DNA of 64,000 bases. It comes from Octopus vulgaris. Its lineage: Eukaryota. The translations under genes and the position numbers were made by a program. Where the stretch lies: positions 192,448,001 to 192,512,000 of the forward strand of contig OX597814.1 of the NCBI GenBank assembly GCA_951406725.2, written 5' to 3'. The notes under the pieces were generated by a model. That model worked only from the letters and a program-made list of their open reading frames with translations, did not search any database and was not told where the DNA came from. Of the stretch, positions 1 to 12,500 are shown piece after piece. The first letter of the stretch is position 1; every line of letters starts with the position of its first letter.

Positions 1-189
1 AAACAGCTAAAAACAGAGGGGACAAACAAGGACAGACAAAGGGATTAAGTTGATTACATCGACCCCAGTGCGTAACTGGTACTTAATTTATCGACTCTGA
101 AAGGATGAAAGGCAAAGTCGACCTCAGCGGAATTTGAACTCGGAACGTAACGACAGACAAAATACGGTTATGCATTTCACCCGGCAAGC

Positions 190-1354
190 ACTAAAAGCAC
201 AAGGGACTTAAACTCACTCAAATACCCAGGAGGCTCTCTTGAGGTAGTTGATAGTTTCTGCTATTTAGGTGACCAAATTAGTAACAGTGGTGGATGCTCT
301 AAAAATATTGTTTCTAGAGTAGGAAAAGAATGGAGGAAGTTCAGAGAGCTCCTACCTTTGTTGGCAACAAAAGAACTCTCTCTCTGAGTGAAAGGTAGAT
401 TGTATGATGCATGTGTGAGAATGGCTATATTACATGGTACTTACTTGTACTTGTGACGGCGTTCACCCAGGGCGGGTTGAACAGGCTACTTCTCTGGTCC
501 TGATGGCATCACGAACTATGGCGGCCCATGCTCGTTGGTCCTGTGTGAGGTCACTGGAGATAGCAAGCCATTCGCGGTTCCATCTGCGCAGACTGACCAC
601 CTGCAGACCTGAGAGTTCGGAGAGGTCCTCCTTTATCGTCTTCGCCCAGGTCTTCAGCTGCCCGCCCTTGCGTTTGAGCCAGCTGGGAAGTGGAGGTAGG
701 AGGAGGACATCGCGAATCAGCTCACCCTCAGGACACCGGGCCGCATGACCGAACCACCTTAAGTGCCATTGTAGAAGCACCGAAGGGAGGGGCTGGAGAT
801 TCAGGTGATGACGAAGACCGGTTGTAGGAACCCAATCAATGCGTCGGCAGCGAAGAATGCGGCGGTGACAGTCATTGTCGAACACCTCCAGCCTTCGCTG
901 ATCGAGTACCCTCATAGGCCATGTTTCTCAACCATAGAGGAGGATAGTACGAACGACGGCCTGGTAGATTCGCCCTGGTAGTGAGAAATGGACTCTGACT
1001 GCAGAGGACATGCATAGATTGGAGAGGAATGAAGGTAGTATGCTCCATTGGATTTGCAACATCAGTATGAATGACCAACAAAGCACAACTGTGTTGAGAG
1101 AAAAGCTAGGCATAAGAGGGATTAAATGTGGCATGCAGGAGAGGAGATTGCATGTGATGTGTGAGTGAAGACAGCTGTATACAGAAGTGCCTGTCACTGA
1201 AAGTGGATGGTATCTGTGGAAGAGGGAGACCCAGGAAGACATGGTATGAAGTGGTGAGGACTGATCTTAAGATGTTGAGGTTCATGGAGGAAATGACAAT
1301 GGACCAAGATGTTTGGCGATATGAGGTTCTAGAGAAGACCTGCCCACATCAGTG
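190..1354 (+). mobile_element. RTE-clade LINE 3' fragment, interrupted at 440-975
   Basis: LEVVDSFCYLGD, GRLYDACVRMAILHG|SEKWTL and GRGRPRKTWYEVVRTDL are RTE ORF C-terminal motifs; the frame rejoins across the insert. Confidence 0.8.
440..975 (-). mobile_element. 5'-truncated RTE-clade LINE inserted antisense into another RTE
   Basis: ORF 463-915 (LRWFGH, GGQLKTW); CAAGTA/AAGTA-type tail; TGGTA duplication at 435-439 and 976-980. Confidence 0.85.
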
Positions 1355-2243
1355 AAACTGAATGCTAGAAGAGTTGTGTCCCACCCACATGTAACAACAA
1401 CCTTTTCACATAAGCTACCCCAAGAAACTGAACTACATTTCCTCTTCTAAACTGTATCTTTCTCTTCCTCATATTTCCTCCTCATAAACTATGATTGTCT
1501 TCCAATCCTCTTTCTCGCCCTCACTGCCCTGGTCACTGTATCGCTGCATTCCACATCCCCCACCCCCATTTTTCTACCTAGATTTTCAACATATATATAT
1601 CAAAAGGATCAAAAGTCTTTCCCAAGCCATAGGCTCGTCAGGCCAGTTTCCCAGATTCTGCAGCTTGTATAATCCCCTACTATAGTCTGTCCCAGGATTA
1701 CACATTTGTGTCAGCTAAGTGGAGTGGATCAATAAGAAATAAGTGCTTTGCTTAAGAACACAATACATCACCCAGTCCAGGAGCTGGCAGAAACGTTTTT
1801 TGTCTGCCTTTACGTTCTGAGTTCAAACTCCACCAAAGTTGACTTTGCCTTTCATCCTTTCGGGGTCGATAAATTAAGTACCAGTTGCCCCCTCCCCCAA
1901 TCGACTTGCCCCCTCCCCCAACATTTCAGGCCTTGTGCCTATAGTAGAAAAGAATCTTACAATCACTAGTGCAACGCCCTAACCACTAAGCCATGCACCT
2001 CTGCACCCCAACCCCATGCACACAAAATGACTTTCTGTACAGTTTCTTTTGACCAAGTTCCACTCCCAAGGCGTTTAGTCAATCTGATGGAGTAATAGTG
2101 GGAGACCCTTATGCAACGTGTCCTCTCTGTGGGATTGAAAACCTGAAACTTCTCATCCACACAAATGTGCTTTTCCCCATAATTAGTAACATTATTTCAT
2201 TCCAGTTTTTGGAATTTTTTTTTCCTTTTGATTGCAGTAAGGC

Positions 2244-2341
2244 ATGCAAAAACAAAGAGGTGAGCGCAAGCAAGCACAAATTGCACATCAAGTTATTGTG
2301 CAACCTGAGATTGTTCCCGGAAAACTCTCAGAGCAGCAATG
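2244..2341 (+). CDS. C2orf81: C2orf81-like coding exon 1 (MQKQRGERKQAQIAHQVIVQPEIVPGKLSEQQW)
   Basis: Acceptor ttgcag ends at 2237 (implying an upstream UTR exon), ATG at 2244, donor gtaggt at 2342, phase 2. Confidence 0.88.
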
Positions 2342-3115
2342 GTAGGTACCATTGTTATAACTTTTTTGTTTGTCTAAATGTAACACACTAAATTCTTTGA
2401 CTTCCCTGAGCACTGACACATAAAAGCTTTGATGTCTAGCAGCTGACTTGGTAGCATCTCACAAGATAATTTTATCATCTCTCTAACAACAACTTTTGTC
2501 ACCTTTTTGAATTCAACACCTCTACAAGCTGAAAGGCAGCCAACTGGCAGAATTGTTAACACATTATGGCATCAAGCTGGTAGAAACAATAGCACGCCAG
2601 ATGAAATGCTTAGCAGTATTTCGTCTGCCACTACATTCTGAGTTCAAATTCTGCCGTTGATGTAATTGACTTAATCCCTTTGTCTGTCCTTGTTTATCCC
2701 CTCTATGTTTAGCCCCTTGTTGGTAATAAAGAAAAAGGTATTTTGTCTGCCGTTATGTTCTGAGTTCAAATTCTGCCGAGGTCAACTTTGCCTTTCATCC
2801 TTTTGGGGTTGATTAAATAAGTACCAGTTACACACTGGGGTTGAAGTAATCGGCTTAATCTCTTTGTCTGTCCTTGTTTGTCCCCTCTATGTTTCGCCCC
2901 CCGTAGGCAGTAAAGAAATAAGAATTGTTAGCACATTGGGCAAAATGCTTAGCGGCATTTCATCCATCTTTATGTGATGAGTTCAAATTCTGCTACGGTC
3001 AAACTTTGCCTTTCATCTCTCAGGGGTTGATAAGCATCAGTCAAGTACTGGAGTCGATGAAATTACCTAGTACTCTACCCACAAATTTCCAGGCCTATTG
3101 CCTGTAGTAGAAAAG

Positions 3116-3160
<45 letters not shown>

Positions 3161-3511
3161 TAGTTTTATTTTTATAGCGTGCTTTCACTTCACTACCGAG
3201 CGCAGCTCTGTGTGCCTTGGGTATGTGCTGTGGTTTGCTGTGATGCTCTTATTTTCACTGTACTGAAAGTGTTTTACATAGGATGTGTGCAGTGCCCACT
3301 AGTGCAATTTTCTGTGTGTTTTTGTTTTTTGGGTAGAGCACTGCTGTAAAGTAAGTGTGTAGGATTGAAATATATCCCTCACATGTCCATTTATGCCTTT
3401 TTGGTTTTATTTATGGAACATGAGGAACAATGTCTGGCCCTTAATTTTGACGGTCATCATTTTCATAGGGTACCAGTCCGTTCATTTTTATTGTCAAATT
3501 GTTTTGCATGT

Positions 3512-3545
<34 letters not shown>

Positions 3546-6500
3546 CATTAATATCATTACACACAGGCATGAGCTGGCAGAATTGTTAGTGCATCCGGCG
3601 ATATTTTGCCCGTCATTGCATTCTGAGTTCAAATTCCACCAAGGTCAACTTTGCCTTTCATCCTTTTAGAGTCAATTAAATAAGTACCAGTTATGCACTG
3701 GGGGTCAATGTAACTGACTTAATCCCCTCCCCCAAGCTGCCCTTGTGGCAAAAATTTGAAATCATCATCATTATTATTATAATAGATGTCACACAGTATA
3801 CAATATTGTGAGGTTGTTGATTAAAGATATTGTATCTACCGGGGGGTTTGTACTGTTTGTCAAGTCACACAAAGGACCTCAGACAGACAGTACTTTACAC
3901 AATATGCGTACAGTTCCAAGCAATCCCAACGTTTGCAATAGATCTTGATTGTAGGGTATCTCTAAGGTTTTCAGATGTTTTTGCAGATTGGGTGGTATTG
4001 AACCCAATGCTCCAATGACAATAGGGATACTCTTTATGTTTGACTCTCGTAGCTGCCACATCTTAACGATCCCAATTCTCAGGTCTTCATATTTATCAAC
4101 CTTTTCTCTTTCTTTCATGATGATATGTTGATCCTCTGGCACTGACATGTCGATTATTAGGCACTCTTGTTTGTCTCTCATAAAGGTTACTATATCCAGC
4201 CTTCGGTGTTCTAACACTTTGTCTGTCTGGAAATCAAAGTCCTATTATTATTATTATTATTATTGTTGTTGTTGTTGTTAAGGCGAGGAGATGGCAGGGT
4301 GAAATGCTTAGCGGTATTTCATCTGCCGCTATGTTCTGAGTTCAAATTCCGCCGAGGTCGACTTTGCCTTTCATCCTTTCGGAGTCGATAAATTAAGCAC
4401 CAGTTATGCACTGGGGTCGATGTAATTGACTTAATCCGTTCGACTGTCCTTGTTTGTCCCCTCTGTGTTTAGCCCCTTGTGGGTAGTAAAGAAATAGGTA
4501 TTTCATCTGCCACTATGCTCTGAGTTCAAATTCTGCCTAGGTTGACTTTGCCTTTCATCCTTTCAGGGTTGACAAATTAAGTACCAGTTGTGGTGTACTG
4601 GGTCAATCTAATCAACTTGCCCCCTCCCCCCAAATTACAGGCCTTGTGCCTATAGTAGAAAAGATTATTATTTTAATTATTATCATTGAGTGAGAGAGCA
4701 GTGCATGCCATCAAAGTGACACTGGGGTAAAATATACGAAGCCCAGTATACCCAATGTACATGATAACACTTCCAATCAGTTAAGATCAGAAGACAAAAC
4801 AATGTACATGATAACACTTATTATTATTATTATTATTATTATAGGCGAGCTGGCAGAAACGTTAGTGCACCAGGCGAAATGCTTAGCGGTATTTCGTCTG
4901 CCGCTTCGTTCTGAGTTCAAATTCCACCGAGGTCGACTTTGCCTTTCATCCTTTCGGGTCGATGAATAAAGTACCAGTTTCACACTGGGGTCGATGTAAT
5001 CGACTTAATCCCTTTGTCTATCCTTGTTTGTCCCCTCTATGTTTAGACCCTTGTGGGCAATAAAAAAAAAAAATTATTATTATTGTTATTATTATTATCA
5101 TCATCATCATCATTATTATTATCATTATTAAACACAGAAAAATGTCTTACAAATCATTTGTAAACATCTGAGTGGTTTCTTTCTAGTTTTTTCCTTTTCT
5201 TTTTTTTCTTTTTTTCATCAGGTTAGAATTTCAAGAAGGGTACAAAAACGAAGAATTTGCCAGCGAGATAGTAGATGACATTGTTAATATTGTGCTCACT
5301 AAAGCATATGAAATTTACTTGGAACGACAGCTTCTGCCCTATACAGTCAATGCTGCTATAGAAGCTTTAACACTACTAGTTGAAGTAAACATTTTAATTC
5401 TTCACTCATTAAGATCTTAAGCCACTCACACACACACACACACACACACAAACACAAACACACATGTATGTACACACACACACAAATGCACACACAAACA
5501 CACACACAATAAAAGTAAAATTCTACCTGTCTATCTGGGACCCTTCTATCTCAATCTAAATTTGCTGTACGCAGACATATTATACCTTTTTGGAATCAGG
5601 GTGATCCCAGGATTGAAAATCTGTCCTTCATTTGGTTCTTGAACATCCACCATTGGGATTTGATTTAAAAGCATTTGGGTTGCTATTTCTAGCAGGTAAA
5701 GCTTGGCTGATTCAAGCCATCTTGTTTGGCATTTGTCAGATGACATCAGAGATCAAGGGAGTAATAAATGACATTTGCTTCACTAATTTTATGTCAAGAT
5801 AAGAACTGCGGGACAAAATGGCCAACAGTTAGAATTCAACTTGGGACTGGAACAATAAGATTGCAGAATTAATTCTCATCTGTCCCTAAGCTCAGCTCAG
5901 CTCAAACACCACCAGGGCATGTAGTCATTATAGACATATTTTAGTCATACTATTTAGTACTCTTTAGTTTTGGGCTGCAGGGTCAATTAGCTGTCAGTGG
6001 GAGCTAGCATAAAAGTCCACTCAGAGTGTAGCTTTTAAGCTAGTATATATATACTCTACTCTTTTAATCTTTTACTTGTTTTAGTCATTCGACTGCAGCC
6101 ATGCTGGAGCACTGCCTTTAGTCGAGCAAATTGACCCCAGGACTTATTCTTTGTAAGCATAGTACTTATTCAATTAGTCTCTTTTGCCGAACTGCTAAGT
6201 TACGGGGGACATAAACACACCAGCATCAGTTGTCAAGAGATGTTGGGGGGACAAACACAGACACACGAACACACACAGACACACACACACATGCATACAA
6301 ACACACATATATATATTTCTGCGTGTACATATATATGATGGGTTTCTTTCAGTTTCTGTCTACCAAATCCACTCACAAAGCTTTGGTCGACCCGAGGCTA
6401 TAGTAGAAGACACTTGCCCAAGGTGCCACACAGTGGGACTGAACCCAGAACCATGTGTTTGGTGAGCAAGCTACTTACCACACAGCCATTCCTGTGCCTA

Positions 6501-9500
6501 TATATATATATAGATGGATGGATGGGTAAATGGATGGATGGATGGAAGGATGGATATATATATGAATGCGAAAAGGAAGAAAATGGAGAAACTGACATCC
6601 AGATATAGGTCCTTGACACAATTATATATATGCGTGTGTGTGTGTGTGTGTGTGTGTGTTTTCCTCTCTCTATCTCACACACACACACTCACACACATAC
6701 ATAATAGGTGAGAGTTAGATGTGTTCAGTATAGAAAACATGTAGTAGTGCTCATATGAATTTGAACTAAACTCCAAACAATTTTATGGGCTGGTCAGTGG
6801 TCCCAATCCACTGTTGAGCCTGTCTCTGTTACCTTCTGACTTCTGCAAAAGAGATTGATAGAATAAGTACTAGGCTTTCAAAGAACAAGTCCTGGGGTCG
6901 ATTTGCTCGACTAAAGGCAGTGCTCCAGCATGGCCGCGGTCAAATGACTGAAACAAGTAAAAGAGTAAAAAGAGTAAAGAGTATAGGGAACTGTTGAATT
7001 AACATGAAAAAATATGTCCACACATATTAAGAGCTCAATTAATAAAAGGTTGTTAAACTCCAACATATCATTACATTACAGTACATCCGGATGGAACTAA
7101 CTTACATGTTTGTACATAACCACCTAAAATGATCTTACAAAGCAACATATCTAAAATAAACACATGAATTACACATACAGTTTATACTTTAATTTTTGCT
7201 CAACAGCTGTTTCGTTAGGAACGAACATTATTTATTCCATAATTATGTAATTTCAATATGTAATTAATTTAAATTAGATTAATCTAAATTGATCTAAAAG
7301 CTATATTTACCCAATCACCAAGATTAAAATATTTAATTAATGAGATGTAATATTTTCCATTTATTTCAGTGGAATTTCCTAAGACGTGATGAATCCCAAG
7401 TAAGCCCTATTTTGCAGCCTGGTTGGATTTCAAGCGAAGGTAAAGATCAGAATTTTTATCTTCACTATTCCACATCCATTTCTCGTGCTTATATGGGAAG
7501 AATATTTTATGCAAGAGACTTTCATTTGTGAATTTAAGTTAAAATTACGAGCTTAATATAGAAATTATGAAAAATGTAATTATTTGACAAAATTCTTGAT
7601 TGTTTTTAAAATTAATAGAAATATAGAAATTTAGGCATAGGAGTGGCTGTGTGGTAAGTAGCTTGCTTACAAACTTCATGGTTCTAGATTCAGTTCCACT
7701 ACGTGGCACCTTGGGCAAGTGTCTTCTACTATAACCTTGGGCCAACCAAAGCCTTGTGAATGGATTTGGTAGATGGAAACTGAAAGAAGCCCATCGTATA
7801 TATGTATATATATATGTATGTGTGTGTGTGTGTGTATATATGTTTGTCCCTCCAACATCGCTTGACAACTGATGCTGGTGTGTTTACATCCCTGTAACTT
7901 AGTGATTTGGCAAAAGAGACTGATAGAATAAGTACTAGGCTTACAAATAATAATCCCTGGGGTCAATTTGGTCGACTAAAGGTGGTGCTCCAGCATGGCC
8001 ACACTCAAATGACTGAAACAAGTAAAAAACAAAAAAGAGTAAAAGAGGTATAGAGCAAAGTATTCTTGATAAGAAACACAGCCATGAAAATGATTAGTAA
8101 ATTAGAGATGAATCTCCCTCTGAAAAATGTCAGTCTATCCCAGCTAACATTCACAAACTATATGGTACATATTTACATGAAGTAGGAGAACTGAAACAAT
8201 GTGAAATTAAGTGTGCGATTGGAATTGTGAATAATCAGCTAAAATAATCTTACAAAGCAACATTTGCCTTTCATCCTTTCGGGGTTGACAAATTAAGTAC
8301 CAGTTATGCACTGGGGTTGATATAATCGACTTAATCCGTTTGTCTGTCCTTGTTTGTTCCTTCTGTGTTTAGCCTCTTGTGGGTAGTAAAGAAATAGGTA
8401 TTTCGTCTGCTGTTACGTTCTGAGTTCAAATTCCGCCGAGGTTGACTTTGCCTTTCATCCTTTCGGGGTTGACAAATTAAGTACCAGTTATGCACTGGGG
8501 TTGATATAATCGACTTAATCCGTTTGTCTGTCCTTGTTTGTTCCTTCTGTGTTTAGCCTCTTGTGGGTAGTAAAGAAATAGGTATTTCGTCTGCTGTTAC
8601 GTTCTGAGTTCAAATTCCGCCGAGGTTGACTTTGCCTTTCATCCTTTCGGGGTTGACAAATTAAGTACCAGTTATGCACTGGGGTTGATATAATCGACTT
8701 AATCCGTTTGTCTGTCCTTGTTTGTTCCTTCTGTGTTTAGCCTCTTGTGGGTAGTAAAGAAATAGGTATTTCGTCTGCTGTTACGTTCTGAGTTCAAATT
8801 CCGCCGAGGTTGACTTTGCCTTTCATCCTTTCGGGGTTGACAAATTAAGTACCAGTTATGCACTGGGGTTGATATAATCGACTTAATCCGTTTGTCTGTC
8901 CTTGTTTGTTCCTTCTGTGTTTAGCCTCTTGTGGGTAGTAAAGAAATAGGTATTTCGTCTGCTGTTACGTTCTGAGTTCAAATTCCGCCGAGGTTGACTT
9001 TGCCTTTCATCCTTTCGGGGTTGACAAATTAAGTACCAGTTATGCACTGGGGTTGATATAATCGACTTAATCCGTTTGTCTGTCCTTGTTTGTTCCTTCT
9101 GTGTTTAGCCTCTTGTGGGTAGTAAAGAAATAGGTATTTCGTCTGCTGTTACGTTCTGAGTTCAAATTCCGCCGAGGTTGACTTTGCCTTTCATCCTTTC
9201 GGGGTTGACAAATTAAGTACCAGTTATGCACTGGGGTTGATATAATCGACTTAATCCGTTTGTCTGTCCTTGTTTGTTCCTTCTGTGTTTAGCCTCTTGT
9301 GGGTAGTAAAGAAATAGGTATTTCGTCTGCTGTTACGTTCTGAGTTCAAATTCCGCCGAGGTTGACTTTGCCTTTCATCCTTTCGGGGTTGATAAATTAA
9401 GTATCATTTACACACTGGGGTCGATTTAATCCCTTTGTCTGTCCTTGTTTGTCCCCTCTATGTTTAGCCCCTTGTGGGCAATAAACAAATAAGAAGCATT

Positions 9501-12500
9501 AGCATGCTGGGCGAAATGCTTAGTGGTATTTTGTCTGCTTTTACATTCTGAGTTCAAATTCTGCCAAGGTTGACTTTGCCTTTCATCCTTTTGGGGTCAA
9601 TAAATTAAGTACCATTTGTGTACTGGGGTTGATCTAATCAATTGGCCCCCCTCCCCAAAAATTTTGGGCCTTGTGCCTAGAGTAGAAAAGAATATTACCA
9701 ATACTAAGTACCATTAATATACTGGAAAAGAACATGGATGTCTGAGTTATCAAAGTCCAAAACAATCAACCATGAAGTCATTAGTTTGTCTCCAATACTG
9801 TACTGTGGTGCCTCTGTGGCCCGCTGTGCCAGTTAATCCTCAAATAAGCCAATCCAACTAATTCTCAGTCAGTACCAAATGGTACAACTAACTGACCACT
9901 ATAAGAGGTGGCAGTACTATACAACTGACCAGTGTTTAGTTAACTTGTTGAACTGAACTCAGCATTTCCTGCTGGTGTGGTTGGAAGACGAGTGGAATCT
10001 TCTTATTGTGTCCCATCTACAAGATAATATAGTTGATCTCTCATTGATCAATACTGCTGATTTTCGATAGACAAGTTATTGACTAAATGTCCAACAACAG
10101 GAAGCTTGAATGTAGTCTGAGATTCAATCCCACAACACAATACCTAGCATGGGTGTCTTCAATTATAACCCTTGAGTCAACTAAAAGCTTGTGAGTAAAA
10201 TTTGGTGGCTGAAGGTTGTGTAGAAGCTGGGCCTCCAGTCTGAAGATAACAAGTTCCTTCTCTCTCTCCCTTTCACCTTACTTGGGGGCCTTAAAGAAGG
10301 TCATTGGCACTGTCCCTTCTTTCTCTTAGTGATAAAAAAAATGAAAAAAAGGACCCAATCAGTAACATAGTTGGAGGGGTGTGATGGGAGTGGTCTATCT
10401 AGAGTGCTGTTTTTAAGGAGGCATCATTTTCAGGCCTGCTGTATAAGCCTGTATAGAGGGATAAGGAGGGGAAGGCTGCCCCTAAATGGAACTCACTCTA
10501 GCTAGCTATGCTGTGCTCAAATTTATCCTGCTTCTTTCTCGACCTTGATCTCTTTCCAATAAGAAACCCTATTGTAAATACATCTTGTGATTTTAATTTA
10601 CCTTTTTTTTGTTTTTTTCTTAAACTTAAACTTTTAGAATCTGTGCGACCAGAAATTGATAATTGGGCACCGAGACACTACTGTGAGGAAAGCAGGAAGC
10701 TTGTTGATAGCACAGTTCGAGAGAGTGTCTCTCAAGAAGAAGCAAAAGATACGGAAGCAGCTGTAGCGAAAGATGAAGCAGCCAATCAGCATGAAGCGCA
10801 TGGGTAGTTGTTGTCGTCGTTTTTTGTCTTTTTTGTTTTTGTTACTTTCGCTTTCATTGATGAGTCTCAAGCAATGCTTGTCAAACAGACCTAAGATATC
10901 TTCTCTTTTGCTATGATCAAGAGTACTCCGGCTGTCTTTGTTTCTTAAATAAATCTAAAGAAAATGATAATGTAATTGTTTTTTTGTTTAGTTCTGTCTA
11001 TTTGTATACACTTCTTATGATCTCACTGATGTTGTCCTTTGAAGCTGTTATTTGATAGTAGAAAGAGAAACTGCAAGACCAAGGCATTCTAATATATATT
11101 TTGGATCAATGATTTAATAATGATTTCAAATTTTGGTACAAAGCCAGCAATTTTGGGAAGTAAGTCAGTCGATTACATTGACCCCGTTCTTCAACTGGTA
11201 CTTATTTTATCGACCCTAAAAGGATGAAAAGCAAAGCTGACCTCAGTGGAATTTGAACTCAGAATGTAAAAGTCAGGCAAAATGCTGCTAAGCTTTTAAC
11301 CCAGTGTGCTAATTATTCTGCCAGCTCACTGCTTTGATTACAATGTTCTGTATACAATTGTATACAATTTCATTGTATACAATGTTCCGGTGCCAAACAA
11401 CTGGTCAGAAAAGGGTAAAAGAGGGGACAGAAAGCAGCAATAAGTTTAGGGTGGTGAGCTGGCAGAATTGTTAGCACGCTGGGCGAAATGCTTAGTGGTA
11501 TTTTGTCTGCTGTTACGTTCTGAGTTCAAATTCCGACCAGGTCGACTTTGCCCTTCATCCTTTCGGGGTCAATGAAATAAGTACCAGTTACACAATGGGG
11601 TCGATATAATCGACTTAATCTGTCTGTCTGTCCTTGTTTGTCTCCTCTGGGTTTAGCCCCTTGTGGGTAGATATAGAAATAGAAATAGAAATAGTAAAAG
11701 AAATAGAAATAGATATTTTGTCTGCTGTTACGTTCTGAGTTCAAATTCCGACCAGGTCGACTTTGCCCTTCATCCTTTCGGGGTCGATTAAATAAGTACC
11801 AGTTACACAATGGGGTCGATATAATCGACTTAATCTGTCTGTCTTTCCTTGTTTGTCTCCTCTGGGTTTAGCCTCTTGTGGGTAGTAAAGAAATAGAAAT
11901 AGGTATTTTGTCTGCTGTTATGTTCTGAGTTCAAATTCCGACAAGGTCGATGTTGACCTTCATCCTTTCGGGGTCAATGAAATAAGTACCAGTTACGCAC
12001 TGGGGTCGATGTAATCGACTTAATCCCTTTGTCTGTCTTTGTTGAGTAGGAAAGACAACAATGGTAGCCATAAATGCATGCATAGTACACAGAATGAAGC
12101 ACAAAATGATGGAAAAGTGAATAGTAAAAGAGCCATAAAGAGGAAAGGGTACACAGGAATGTCAGGAATAGTCTTGATAAATTTTATTAAGCGGCTCGCA
12201 GGATGGCCTGCTGTGCTAATCTTGGATCATAGAGTGACCCGCTGTTCTTGAGGAGACCTACTGAGTCAAGTACGTCAACATCAAAATAAAAATCAAATGG
12301 AAATTGTAGTTAAGACACCCGTGCCGGTGACACGTAAAAAACACCATCTGAATGTGGCAGATGCCAGCGCTGCCTGACTGGCGTCCGTGTCGTAAAGGTA
12401 CCAACTTATTGTTGCCGTTTGCCAGCCTGCCCTGGCATCTGTGCCGGTGGCACGTAAAAAACACCCACTACACTCACGGAGTGGTTGGCGTTAGGAAGGG

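Noticed and set aside
7196-7215. CGAAACAGCTGTT half-hammerhead on minus
   Set aside because: No CTGANGA partner was found upstream on that strand.
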